Shown here: positions 51,496 to 63,865 of the stretch, piece after piece
How positions within the stretch are numbered: position 1 is the stretch's first letter
Layout: each line of letters starts with the position of its first letter
Assembly: GCF_018350175.1 (NCBI RefSeq)
Contig: NC_058368.1
Coordinates: forward strand, 180,050,001 to 180,114,000
Length of the DNA stretch: 64,000 nucleotides
Direction: 5' to 3'
Origin: Felis catus
Lineage: Eukaryota
Program-made: the position numbers and the translations under genes
The notes under the pieces: model-generated
Databases searched by the model: none
What the model was told of the DNA's origin: nothing
Seen by the model: the letters and a program-made list of their open reading frames with translations, nothing else

Positions 51496-51990
51496 TGTCT
51501 TGTGAGTGATAATTTTGGAAGTTTCACCTACCTCTTCATCAGATGCTTTGCTCATCTTGATGCATTATCTGATCACAAAAAGAGCAAAGACTGGCAGAGC
51601 TGGCCGGGCAGGAGACTAAGATGGCCCCACAGCTCACTGGGTGCCCCTGGAGTTTTCTTGACACCCCCCAGCCAAGGTTTCCAGGGAGGGCAGAGGAGAC
51701 TTTAGTCTCCTTCCCTCCCTCTGTCTACTCCATGAGCAACCCAATCCCTAAGAGCCATCTACATCCCACTTTCATGCAACCCTAAGACTTTGGGGACAGC
51801 CAGAGTAACTCCTTTCAGGAAAATAGGCAACACTATGGTTTCAGACCCTTAAAAACCTACTGTCCGTCCAGCTCTGAAGAAATCGCTTTTCCTGAACTTC
51901 CAGGGTCCCTCCTAGAAAAAAGAAATACATCATTTTGCTCCACCCCAAGAGCTCAGACCGAAGAACCTTTTGTAGAAAACAAGACATGGT

Positions 51991-52196
51991 GGGCACCTGG
52001 GTGGCTCAGTCAGTTAAGTGCCCAACTTTGGCTCAGCTCATGACCTCACGGTTCCTTAGTTCAAGCCCTGAATTGGGCTCTCTGCTGTCAGCACAGAGCC
52101 TGCTTTGATCCTCTGTCCCCCACTCTTTCTGCCCCTCCCCTGCTTGTTCTTTCTCTCAAAATAAATTTAAAAACTTAAAAAAAAAAAAAAAAGAAA
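51991..52196 (+). mobile_element. Can-SINE
   Basis: SINE head and A tail; degenerate target-site duplication AGAAAACAAGACATGGT / AGAAAATGTGACATGGT. Confidence 0.92.
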
Positions 52197-53421
52197 AGAA
52201 AATGTGACATGGTTTTCAGGTTGTAGAGGAAAGGAGGTTAAGTAAGATTCCAGAAATCCACTTCCTATTAGTTTAGTTTTATAGCTAAATCCCAAATCGG
52301 AGGAATCTGTAAAACAGAGAGAGGCCTGGAATTCTGGGCCCGAAGCTGGAAGTATGTTCTGTTCGTGAATGGGGTGTAAATCCCTGACCAGGGGGCTGGG
52401 CCACAGAGGGAGTAAGTAAGTGCCTGCAGCTCGTTTAGTCAGCATTTGTCTCCCGCGTGCCCCTTCCTAAACTCCCCTGACCCCTTCTCATCTGCTCAGC
52501 TTTATCTATCCTGACTTAGTTTGCAAGCCTAATCCTGGGGTGTGGCCAGGGTTGGGCAGAGGATGCAGGAAGTTTGAGGTTTGTATCTAAGAGCTGTAGC
52601 TCTCCAGATCCTCCCACCCCATCCCCTTATCCTGAAGAAGCTGGAGGGAACAATGGCATCTCTGAGAAAGGTTAAGGAGGCTGAGTGTGGAAGTCATCTA
52701 GAACTGAAGCTAACACATTCTGAGTCTTTTCTATGTACTAGGTCTCCTCCTAAGCCTTTTACTTATATAATCTTCTTTTATTCCCCTTCTTTTACCAACC
52801 TGGAGGTAAATGATATTACCCTAGTCCATAGATGTGGAAACTGAGACACAGAATTTAACTAATTTTCCTAAGATCAAATAGCTAGGAAGTGGCAGACTCA
52901 GACTTCATTCCCAAGAAACTCGGCTGCAGATCCTGATCTTGGCCACTTTGTCCTATTCCTGTTCAAGGTAGAGAGGCTTTCCTGGAGTAGGAAGTTGCTC
53001 AAAGCGGGGTGTTTGTTATGCCCTTTATCCCTTTGTCTACAAACCACTCCCTGGAGAAGAGGGGAAGGAAGACAGCTGGAGGAATTTAAAGTCTATCCCG
53101 GGGAAAGCACTTCCAGCTGGGGGGATGGTGAGGGGGCATTGCTGGTGAGAACTCCCCAGAGCTAACGCAGCCATCCACGGCCAGGGGAGATGGAATTCTG
53201 CCCAGAGATAGGGGTCTAGATGAAATGACCTCTCGGGTTCCTGAGGGTCTTCCTGCTCAGGACCCCAAGGCTTCAAGTATCCAGAGGGCTGCCTCGGACC
53301 TCCATCCAGAGAGAAACCTGACTAATTATATCCCCCCAACATTCTTTTCTGCCACTCCAACCCCACCCAACACTCCTTATCCCCTGGCTCCCCTTCTTCC
53401 CCACCCCACACACCCCCAAAG

Positions 53422-53561
53422 CTGCTCCTGCCCTCTGGGCTTTGAGGGGCAGCGGTGTGAGATCAATCCAGATGATTGCGAGGACAACGACTGTGAGAAC
53501 AATGCCACCTGTGTGGACGGGGTCAACAACTACGTGTGCGTCTGCCCTCCTAACTACACGG
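53422..53561 (+). CDS. SLIT3: SLIT3 exon (~28), 140 nt, end of EGF2 and most of EGF3
   Basis: caaag|C...CACGG|gtaagg; [46 protein letters not shown]. Confidence 0.96.
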
Positions 53562-56521
53562 GTAAGGTCCCCTGGTGCCTGTGCATGGTGGCGGGCCAGG
53601 TGTCATGCACTTAGGAATGCTGTTATCTTAGTTTTCAGGGCCTGCACCCACTCCCCTGTGGACAGAGATGTGAATCCCCAAAACCTGGTGCTGTGCCATG
53701 ACAGGCTTCCCAGAGGCCCTCTCTGTTTGCTTGTCCACCCTCACCACCTGCCCCAACCCTGCACGTCTCTAGCTCCTCCCTACTTTGAGACAGGTTCCCA
53801 GGGCAAGTTTGCTGTCCATTCCATTAGCCTTCCCCTCCTCCGGGAACTGGAGACCCAGTGGCAATTGAAGCTAGTGAGAGGGGCTTGCATTACATTTAAT
53901 CTTCATTCAGTTCTAGTCTGCTTTCTCTAGAAATTTACTTTCCAGACACTTTCCAGCTAGGAACTGGAGACACAAAAATGACCAAGACAAAGTCCCCTGT
54001 GATCAGAAGGCTCATTGTCAAGTAGAGGGAGACATGTATTCAGTAGAACGAGACTATAACACCTGGAAGACTGGGGGGTCGTGGGGTCACAGAGGATGAA
54101 CCTAACCCAGCTGGGGAAAAAAGAAGGCTCCTCACAGGTTATTCCTCAGGATAATCATCCTACCCACCCACCCCCAAAACACACCTTTATTTCCTATATT
54201 AACAGCTCCTAATGAGGACAGTTAAATATACCGCTAGATTATGAAGCAAAATGCACCTCAATGGTGCAAGCACAACCTCCTTTGTTATAGGATCCACCTA
54301 AAGTGGCATATCCCAAAATGGAATTCCATGAGTTCTTTGAGGAAAAGGCTCCATAAACAAAAAGTTGGGGAAGCGCTGTGTGTAATACTAGCTCTCTTCC
54401 ACGTGATACAAATGAGCCTATTAGAGGTTTTCACAATTCCTGTTTGAAACAATGCTATTTAACTTCTTTTAACCCAGTAAGTTTCAAATTTATTTTAAGT
54501 CAGAACTTCCCACCTACCCTACCCCCAAACTCCTTCCCAACCCCGGACATCCTGTGTTGCAAGAAACATATTTTAGGAAATACCAACCTAAGGTGAGGAT
54601 GAAAATAAGGACCATGCAACCCAGGGACTGCCACACCCTACCCTGCTGGCACCTGGCATGATGTCAAGAGTGAGGTAGGGGATGGGATATACAGATGCTG
54701 ATTAGAAGCCTACAGAGAAGGAAGCCAGCTAGCCCCCATTGCTCCTCAGGGTCCTGTGGCTGACACAGACCTCAAGCCCATTAGCCATGTATTCCCCAAG
54801 CACATTCTTGGGACTGTGGTGGAGCGTGCCAAGACCAACTGAGAAAACCACCTGCTCTGCTTACTCCTCGCCTCTTGGGGTCCCAGAGAAGGCTTTACGC
54901 TTGGGGAAAGTGCAGGGAAATCTGCTGAAGGTCTACTTCCCTTACCCCTTACATCTTCCATCTTTGCAGAGAGGAGTTGTAGCCAAGAGTTAAAGTAGCA
55001 AGAGGCAACACTTATTATGCTCCTACCTATACAGAGCACTGAATGAACTAACAGGGATACCAAGAAGTCTAAAGTATACCCTCCAGCCACAAGGGGCATC
55101 TGGTCTACCTAAGATGAGAGGAGGGGTCATGTAGGGCCAAATCATTGGTCTGGAAGAATCTGCTCACTGCCAGAAGAGAGACAGTAAAAATCCCATCAGT
55201 TAAAAAAAGAAGGCAAAGGGACTCAGAATAGGCTTTGGGGCAATGGGCAGTGGAAGGGGGACTGAGGACACACTTGTTGAGGTGGTTTCCTGCCCCAGTG
55301 GAATAGCCTAGCCTGTGTCTGCAGGTGACTGAAGTGCACCTCTGCCCAAGAATGGGTTGTCATGGTTTTCTCTGTCCCAGAAAATGTTGCCAGTCCCACA
55401 CAAACACCTGTGTGCCTCTCTGGGTATCTCCAGGAAGTGAGGAAGAGGAAAAGGCTTATAAAGAACACAATGCCCTCTGTGGTCTTGAGAGGCTGGCAAA
55501 ATGAGGACAGGGTCAGGGTGGACTTGACCCCACCACAGCAGAGAACAGACTCTGGGGCTGTGGATGTCATTCATCTCCTCCCCAGCCACCCTCAGGACCT
55601 TCCTCTGCCCTGTCCCTGCAGCCTTCTCTGCCCCTATTCCTACCCCAACCTCTGAGAGAAATTCCATGGGTGAAGCTTTCCTCTCTTATATCACTGTCCA
55701 CCTGGCCAGGTGGAATTTAAGGGAACCCAAAGCTCAGGGGTGCATCTGCCACTGCCCTCACCCCTGCCATCCTGTCTCACTTCCCTCCACATTCCCAAAA
55801 CACATCTCCAATGGCGTGAGCTTTGGGGAGCTTGGACATGCAAGGACCTCCCTGGGTATTTATGACCCATTCTTCATTTCTTGGCATGATGAATTTCAAA
55901 GGGAGTGTATTCAGAGACCTAAACATTAAATTCCTTTCATATTTTCTTCTTTGAGAAAATCCAGGGTGCTTACTTATCTACAGCAGGTGCACTGTGCTGC
56001 TAAGCCATGTCCACTCCTTCAGGAAGCCTCTGGGCTTCCACAGAGTTTATCCCTGTGGTCACACATCTCTATGTTACAGTCACCTACTGATTTATAGATC
56101 TCCCACACTAGGCTAGGGGGAAGACAAGACCTGGTCACTGTTGTGTCCCTAGTACCCATCACAGTGTCTACCACACAAGTGGTGCTTAGTAAATTGATGG
56201 GGAATGAAAAAAACAACTAAACACAGCCCAAAGTCAGGGGCTGATGTCCTACAGTTTCAGCTGCAGCAGCCCCTTAATGGTCAGGTGAAACAGCCCAATG
56301 ATGGTGCTATGACAGTGCCCAGGGAAAATCCCAGAACCTTCCCATTGTTACCACTAGGGAGACTGAAAAAGAGGTACAGCAGAAAGGATACATCGAGAGA
56401 GCAAATGCAGGGTGCCTGAGATCCATGACCTCCCGACAGGGGGCTGGTTGGACCTGACCTTCTAGTCAGGGTATCCCCCAGGTCCTCCCAGGTGCCTGAG
56501 CTTTCTACCCACCCCCACCAG

Positions 56522-56615
56522 GTGAGCTGTGCGACGAGGTGATTGACCACTGCGTGCCTGGGATGAACCTCTGTCAGCATGAGGCCAAGTGCATCTCCCT
56601 GGACAAAGGATTCAG
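56522..56615 (+). CDS. SLIT3: SLIT3 exon (~29), 94 nt, end of EGF3 and first half of EGF4
   Basis: ccag|GT...TTCAG|gtgagg; (G)[30 protein letters not shown](R). Confidence 0.97.
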
Positions 56616-59600
56616 GTGAGGCTTGGCTTTGTGTCCCCAGCAGCACAGGCTCCTGAGGACTCTGCCTCAAACTTGTCCCTTTCCATTCTCCTTCTCCTTC
56701 CCTCTCCCAACCTCTCTCTCTGCCTATTACTTGTATATTACCATGTGCTTCTCTGTGTCTCTGACTAGTCATAGTCTAATTCTCTGTCTCACTGTCTCTA
56801 TGCACGTGCCTCTCTTTGTGATTATTTCTCTTTGTAAGTCTCTCTCTCTCTCTCTCTCTGTGTTGATAGATATATAGAAATAAAGATATCCCTCTTTCCT
56901 TTATACCTCTCCTTCCTACTCTCCCCACTTCTGCCCCTACCCCCGCACACCAGCATAGCTTTCCTTTCCAGAGCTAATATGATAGAACAATCCCACTGAT
57001 GAAGCTGAGTCCAAAGGTTTGTTGGTCACCTTCCTTGTGTGCATCCTTCCCAGTGTTGTGCCCTCTGTGGCTCCAGCAAGTTTGCCAGTTTATGCATCTG
57101 TGTATGTTAGGGGGTCGGGGAGAGTGAGCACTGACTCAGTTCAGCAGCCACAGCCATTTGTGGAGCTGTCTCCGTGGTAAGCAGCAGAGCCTATAGCAGC
57201 TAGGGGATTCCAGGAACAATTCTAAGGGTGGAAAAAGAATTTGCCTCAGGAGAAGGCACCAGTTCCAGAGCCTGAGACTCAAACAACACCCCTGGGAAAT
57301 CACTCCTGGGCTCTGTCCCTACTTCTTCCCCCCATTCTCCTTCATGAAAGCATGTGCCATTGCCTCTTCTAGAGAAAACCCTGAGACCCTTGAGTCCTGG
57401 GATTACAGTAGGGACATCCCAGGGAGCCAAAATAGTCTCCCCTAAACACTCTCCCAAAGCTGCTTTGCACACACAGTTGCTTCCCCTCATCTCCAACAGG
57501 CTCAGTCCAACACTGAAGGGTGGGTGGAAGCTTCTAGCACCAGAGAGTTTGGGGGAGCAGGCAAAGACCAGAGCATCTGGGGAAACCCCAGATGAGCTTT
57601 CAGCAAAGATACCTGAAGTGACTCTACAGAGTCACCCTAAAGATGAGGGATGTGGGTCTGAAGCTCAATGCCTATGCTGAGAAGTCTTTAATGAGAATCC
57701 TGACCAGCATTTCGTCTAGTAGCCTCTTCAGCCTCTGAGGGATGAAGCTCATGGTCTGGGTCTAAAATGTCTCCAGGATCTGTCATCAGTTTGAGTCTGT
57801 CTAGCTTCAGTCATAAGGCAGAAAGTTCCCAGATTCCGGGGTTTTTGAGACTATGATGCTATACTGCAAAACTTAGCACTTTATGGAAAACAAGGATTTT
57901 AGAAAGCCTGAGACTAATGACATCATAAAGTCACAGAATCTTAGGACTCTTAGATTCATAAATCTCTAAGACTTGAACTTGAGAACTCTTAGGATCCTAG
58001 AATCTAAGAATGATGGGTCCTAGTTGTTGTCCCCTGGTGAGCCAATCCTTCAGTCCTCAAATTCTCATTGTGGTGAGTGTAGTGGGTACTATAAGAGGTT
58101 TTTGATTCCCTCCCTTTCAAGGCCCTTGACATGGACTTGGGGGCAGCGGTGGGGGGGGGGGGGGGTTGGGATTTGACACAAAACAAATGTTTAGAAATTT
58201 CTGGAGCCCTCAACTCTGGCTCTGAGTGCTGCCGGGGTGTTGAGGAGGGGAGGGAAGAACCTGCTGAAGCAAAGAGAAGCCCTCCACATACTTTAGGAGG
58301 TGAGCTGTGACATTAACATCAAAGGATGGGTGAGATTTGAATGAGCTGAGAAAGGGAGGGAGGGCCCCACCAGTGGGAGAAGAATCTAGAGTAGGTGCAG
58401 GTGAGAGGGGGACATGAGCATGTCTTGTCTGGTGTTTTCCTTCCCTATCTTGACATCTCAAGTCTGGAGTTCATCACCAGGGAAAATGCAAGAGGCATGT
58501 TAGGGGCTCTGGTTTTGCTGAGAACAAAGGAAACTTCAGTGTTTCCATGCATGAACCGTCATTCAAATCTCCCTTATCTGCCCTGGTCCCCTCTGAGAGG
58601 GGTTAGGTGGGCTCTTAGGCAGTTGAGCTATTAGAGTATAAGTAAGGGTGAGGGATGCCTCCCAACCCCATTTTCCCACTTCCAGATTTGACTTCAACTC
58701 AGGGCTGCTCTTTAACTGAAGGAAGAGGCGAAGGGGGGGAGAAGAGATGCATGGAACACAAACTTGAACCCAAAGCACAGTAGGCTGCACTGACCAGCAG
58801 CATGCTTTGGGCATGCCTACGAGGGGCAACAATAGTGACCAGGCATCTGAGCTGTGAAGAAGTGGTAGAGTATCCATAGCTGGAAAGGAGATCAGTGGCA
58901 TTGTTCAAGCTCAGCGGATGCTGGCCTGACAGAGCACAGTGAGCATGAAAACTGGTCAGAAGTGGTCCAGGGTATAGGTCTGGAGTCGGGGTGCGAGGAG
59001 CTTGGGACCAGAGACATAAGCAGGGCCAGAGATCATGATCCTCTGGTACTTCTCCCTAGAAACCTCACTCTACTTGAGTTCTAGGGGAATACAGAATAGG
59101 ATACAGAATAGAAAGAATATAGAATGTAGAAGGAAACCAGTCTTGCTTTCATATTCTTGAGATAATGTATTTATGCACAGTGTCTCCTAGAATCCTGAAG
59201 AGGTCTACAGGCCACCTCAATAATGTGAATTTTGTTTTATTAAAATACATTTAGGTAAAAAAAAATCCCTTCTCCCAATGAAACATTTCCTAATTTTATC
59301 CCCCTCGTCTCCCCTCCCCTCTCATCACCTACATCCCAAGGCAGGCTGCAGGGACAGTAACAAGAGACAGTCAGTTGGTGCAACCTTTGCCCAAGTTTGA
59401 AGATGTTTATCCTTGAAGATTTCCTTATGTATGTTTTAATGAGGCTGGAATGCAACATAACAGATAAAACTGTATAACTATCCGTGATATAAACACTGAA
59501 ATCATAATATACCAAAACCCTGACAATAATGAAGAACACTCCCATGAACACTGAAAGTGACAATGACAAAAACACAGATCACGATGATTAACATGCACTG

Positions 59601-60446
59601 AAGACTTACTCTGTGTCAGGCACACTGGCCTATCTCCTGTAACGCTCCACAATCTTAGGCTGTAGAAACAGCCGTCTGCTTTCTGGGTAGGGGCTGAGGC
59701 ACGGCGAGGTTAAGTAAGCTCCCTGTGCACGCACACACAGAAACAGCTGGGGCTGCAAGCCAATCCTGACCTGACTCTGGAGACTCCCAAAGTCCTGGAA
59801 CCAAGCACATCACTTGGTTACACCCCCTTGTCCAGAATCAATAGGTCATATACATAACAAAATCGTATAAGCCTTACACTTTCGAGGAAAGGTAAGGGGA
59901 GAACATTTGAGAACACCAGGGAAGGCAGGTTGTACCAGCAGACGCTTCTCTTTAGCAGATGAAGAAATGTAGGGTAGATCCTTGCTTTGGGAGGGAGGTG
60001 CAGGAACCAGCAGCATCACAGGGCAGCTTGTTGGGAGTGCTAATTCCCAGACCCCACCCAAACTCCCAGATCAGAAGCTGTACGTTCACAGAATGCCCAG
60101 GGGCTTTGTTTGAAAAGCAAGGATGTGAAGAGGGCTATAGCATTGACAGTCTCCACACCTCCATTGCTCCTTCTGCACATCTGTGTCTGCGAGGAACCAG
60201 GTCTTCCCTGATTCCTCGTGAAGACCTCCTCAGCCACCTTGACTCCATGCCTAACACGCTAGATTTTACCCTGCAAGCACTGAGCGGCAGTTGTTGCCTT
60301 GGAGAGGCTCATAAGGCTTGAGTTGCTCTGCAGGTACTTAGAATTCAGGAGACACAAAGACAAATGCCTACAGGGGCCAGGCTTACCACTAGCAGAGTGT
60401 ATTAACCACATGCCCTGACAAAGCCTTGCCCAATCTGTTTCTTTAA

Positions 60447-60662
60447 TTTTTTTTAATGTTTATTTATTGTTGAAAATCAGAGAGAGTCAGAGCGTGAGCA
60501 GGGGAGCAGCGAGAGAGGGAGAAGGAGACACAGAATCTGAAGCAGGCTCCAGGCTCTGAGCTATCAGCACAGAGCCCCATGCGGGGCTCCAACTCACAAA
60601 CTGTGAGATCATGACCTAAGCCGAAGTTGGACGCTTAACCGACTGAGCCATCCAGGTGCCCC
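60447..60662 (-). mobile_element. Can-SINE, full length
   Basis: Perfect target-site duplication CAATCTGTTTCTTTAA (60431-46, 60663-78). Confidence 0.95.
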
Positions 60663-60779
60663 CAATCTGTTTCTTTAAAAGACTAGGGTGGAGTGTGGGC
60701 TCTGACATGAAAGTTCACACCTTCTGGTGCAGTAGTAGGTCACATATTTCAAATTTACCCTTCAAATAAGTAAAGGTGA

Positions 60780-61002
60780 GGGGCGCCTGGGTGGCTCAGT
60801 CGGTTAAGCATCTGACCTCAACTCAGGTCACAATCTCGCGGTTCATGAGTTCAATCCCCATGTCAGGCTCTGTGCTGACAGCTCAGAGCCTGGAGCGTGC
60901 TGCGGATTCTGTGTCTCCCTCTCTCTCTGCCCCTCCCCCTGCTGTACTGTCTCTCTTTCTCTCTCTCTTTCAAAAAAAAAAAAAAAAAGTAAACATTAAA
61001 AA
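60780..61002 (+). mobile_element. Can-SINE, full length
   Basis: Perfect target-site duplication AAATAAGTAAAGGTGA (60764-79, 61003-18). Confidence 0.95.
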
Positions 61003-61937
61003 AAATAAGTAAAGGTGAACAGGTCAGATCTTAGCAGGTATCAGTTCTGAATGCAGGCTCAGTAAGTCCTCTGATTCTAGAACTTGTCCTTCTCCAGGGA
61101 TACCCCACCCCCCAAGTGTCTACCTAGCCATGAATCCACAGCACAAACTATGCTCTGCCAACCAACCCCAGCAATGCCAGGATCCACTTATGATTCCACT
61201 GTATCCACAACTGCAGGGAGAGGAGCAAGGCGGGGGAGGAGCAAGGAGAGGGGGGAGGGAGGACCATCCCTTTGTCCCGATGCTTCCCCTGTCAGTCTCC
61301 TCTGTCCCATGTGTATTCAGAGGTCTTGCTTCCCTCTCCATCTTGGCCACCTGTCCCACCTTCCTCCTCTGCCTCTACTATAGTTATTATTTCTATTCTG
61401 GCCAGTAGAATTCAGTGGGTGGGCCCAGAGAGGTGCGCAGGCTCCAGCCTGCAGGAGGCAGAAGAGCCAGGAAGTGTTTGTGTCCACCTGTGCCCGTAGG
61501 TAACACGGTGCCTTCAGGTCTGTTTCTTGCTGGAACTTTGGCACAGTGTCACCCAGGTGTAGGAGCCCAGGGATGCGTGTTCCAGGCGCATGCTCAGGGA
61601 GGCCCCACGTGAGGTGCACCTCTCGGGTGTGCACCTGGGCCAGCAGGGCCGGTGGGGGCAGAGAGAGGGTGCTGCAGCTCCCATCCTCTTCCCTGAGGAG
61701 CAGCACATCAGCAGCCCCACCACCCACTCCTGAAAACGGGAGTCACCACATGAAGCAAGCAAACGTCAACTTGCAGGGACCCAGAGCCCATGGATGGCCA
61801 GTGAAACCAACTGTGGGCCAGGCTTTGGGGAGTCCTCAAGAGTTGAGAGAGACTTAGGAACATCGGTAGACAGAGACGACACAGGGCCACCTAGAAGCAG
61901 CCTGGCACATGGACAGCCTTGCTCTGCTGTGTTCCAG

Positions 61938-62075
61938 GTGTGAATGTCCCCCTGGCTACAGTGGGAAGCTCTGCGAGGTGGACAATGATGACTGCGTGAA
62001 CCACAGGTGCCGCCACGGGGCCCAGTGCGTGGATGCAGTCAACAGCTACACATGCATCTGCCCCCAGGGCTTCAG
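61938..62075 (+). CDS. SLIT3: SLIT3 exon (~30), 138 nt, end of EGF4 and most of EGF5
   Basis: ccag|G...TTCAG|gtatgg; [45 protein letters not shown](S). Confidence 0.97.
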
Positions 62076-62896
62076 GTATGGTGGAGGGGCCCCTCGGGAA
62101 GGGGCCTGCAGGCTGGGGACTGGTGAGCTAAGGCAGGCTCACCCATGCCCAGGTAGCCCTAGCCCTGGGCCTCCTGAGTCTCCTTGGAAGGTCAGTCCTT
62201 CCTTGTCAAAGACCGGATGTTGTCAACCCCGTGTTATAGACAGAAGAGCCATCCAGGGCACCCATGTGGGAGTTGGACTTAGGGTCCAGCTCACATAATG
62301 TCAAGCTTGGGCATGATTCCTTCTAATGGAAGATGCTACCATCTTGGAGCTCAGCTTACAGGGTAGGGGTAGCCACATGGCCACACTGGCAGGAATCTTA
62401 TTTTTAGGCTGGAGAACAAAAACCTTGTGCCCTAATGGTAAAAAATGGAGGCAAATAGGAGAGCTTGGGGTTAGTCTCTGGAATCACTGAAGCCAGAAGA
62501 AAAGGAGGGGATGGGAAGCACTGGCCAGGGGGTCAGGAGAGGTCCATGGGGTATATACAAGGAGAAACTGGGTTCCAGCCCTCACACCTACACTGCCTGG
62601 AAGGGAAGGGTGTAGGGGGCACTGGAGGGGAGGCAAGGACCAGACCTGAAGTGGCGGGGGAGGGGGCAGCCTGGGGACAATTCCATGTACATCAGTACTT
62701 GCTGCATGACATAAATCCAACTACGCAAATGAGCCTTGGTCATAGACTCTGAGAAGGAACCACTCTGAAAAGGCCAGTTTTTCCAAAGCCTGATTGAGAC
62801 CATGTTGAGGCTTGGGAACATATAAATTCCTGAGGCCCACCCCAGAGCTACTAAATTAGAATGGGGGCGGAAAGAAGGGGCTAGAAATCTGCACTG

Positions 62897-63345
62897 TTTT
62901 TTTTTAATGTTTTTAAATTGTGGTAAGATATACATAACATAAGATTTACCATCTTAACCACTTTTCCATGTACGGTTCAGAGGCATTAAGTGCACTTCCA
63001 TTATTGTGCAGCCAATACCACCATCCATCTCCAGAACTTTTTTAATCTTGCAAAACTGAAACTCTGTCTCCATTAAACACTAACTCCCCATTCCCCCTCC
63101 CTATGGCCCCTGGCAGCCACCATTCTACTTTCTGACCCTATAAATTTGACCGCTCTAAGTGCCTCATAAAAGTGGAGCCACACAGTATTTGTGTTTTTGT
63201 GACTGCTTTATTTCACTCGGCATAACGTCCTCAGGGTTCATCCATGTCGTAACAGGTGTCAGAATGTCCTCCCTTTTTAAGGCTGAATAATATCCCATCG
63301 TATGCATGTGCCACATTTTGTGTATCCACTCATCTATGGATGGAT
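62897..63345 (-). mobile_element. 5'-truncated L1 (L1MB-like) 3' end, inserted in a MER5-like element
   Basis: Poly-T then AAATTGTGGTAAGATATACATAAC...CATCCATCTCCAGAACTTTT...GGCTGAATAATATCCCAT; minus-strand ORF remnant DEWIHKMWHMHTMGYYSALK resembles the L1 ORF2 C-terminus. Confidence 0.88.
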
Positions 63346-63624
63346 GAGAATCTGGGCTTTTAACAAATTCATCCAGATGTTTCTGATGACACTGAAACTT
63401 GGGGGCCAGCACTCTCATGCAGCCCTATTATTTTAAAAATGGGGCAACTGGGGCTTAGGGAAGGAAAAGCTTTTCCCCAGTTGGTGGTAGGACTGGAACA
63501 AGTCCCAGTTACCATCTTTCTTCCCTCTCTCTGCTGGTGGCTCTTTGGCCCAAATAACTATGATTGTCTCCCCACACTGTTCTTTCCTCATCCCTCCTCC
63601 GTCCCTCCTCTCCCCTCCCCACAG

Positions 63625-63865
63625 CGGGCTCCTCTGTGAGCACCCCCCACCCATGGTCCTGCTTCAGACCAGTCCCTGTGACCAGTATGAGTGCCAGAAC
63701 GGGGCCCAGTGCATCGTGGTACAGCAGGAGCCGACCTGTCGCTGCCCCCCAGGCTTCGCCGGCCCGAGGTGCGAGAAACTCATCACTGTCAACTTTGTGG
63801 GCAAAGACTCCTACGTGGAACTAGCCTCCGCCAAGGTCCGGCCCCAGGCCAACATCTCCCTGCAG
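63625..63865 (+). CDS. SLIT3: SLIT3 exon (~31), 241 nt, EGF5/6 linker (Slit cleavage region), EGF6, start of laminin-G
   Basis: acag|C...TGCAG|gtgcgc; [80 protein letters not shown]. Confidence 0.97.

Larger units (their letters stand above)
3135..63865 (+). other. SLIT3: SLIT3 gene, partial (17 internal coding exons, probably human exons 15-31)
   Basis: Spliced exons give one 2096-nt open frame reading [23 protein letters not shown]...[11 protein letters not shown], with LRR, EGF and laminin-G motifs matching SLIT3 as I recall it. All introns are GT-AG with compatible phases. Confidence 0.98.

Noticed and set aside
57900..58012. Degenerate ~8-mer TAGAATC-like repeats
   Set aside because: Resembles the decayed simple-repeat tail of an ancient retroelement, with no regular period or function visible.
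63164..63418. 84-aa ORF with a protein-like composition
   Set aside because: An L1 ORF2 C-terminal fragment in a truncated old L1.
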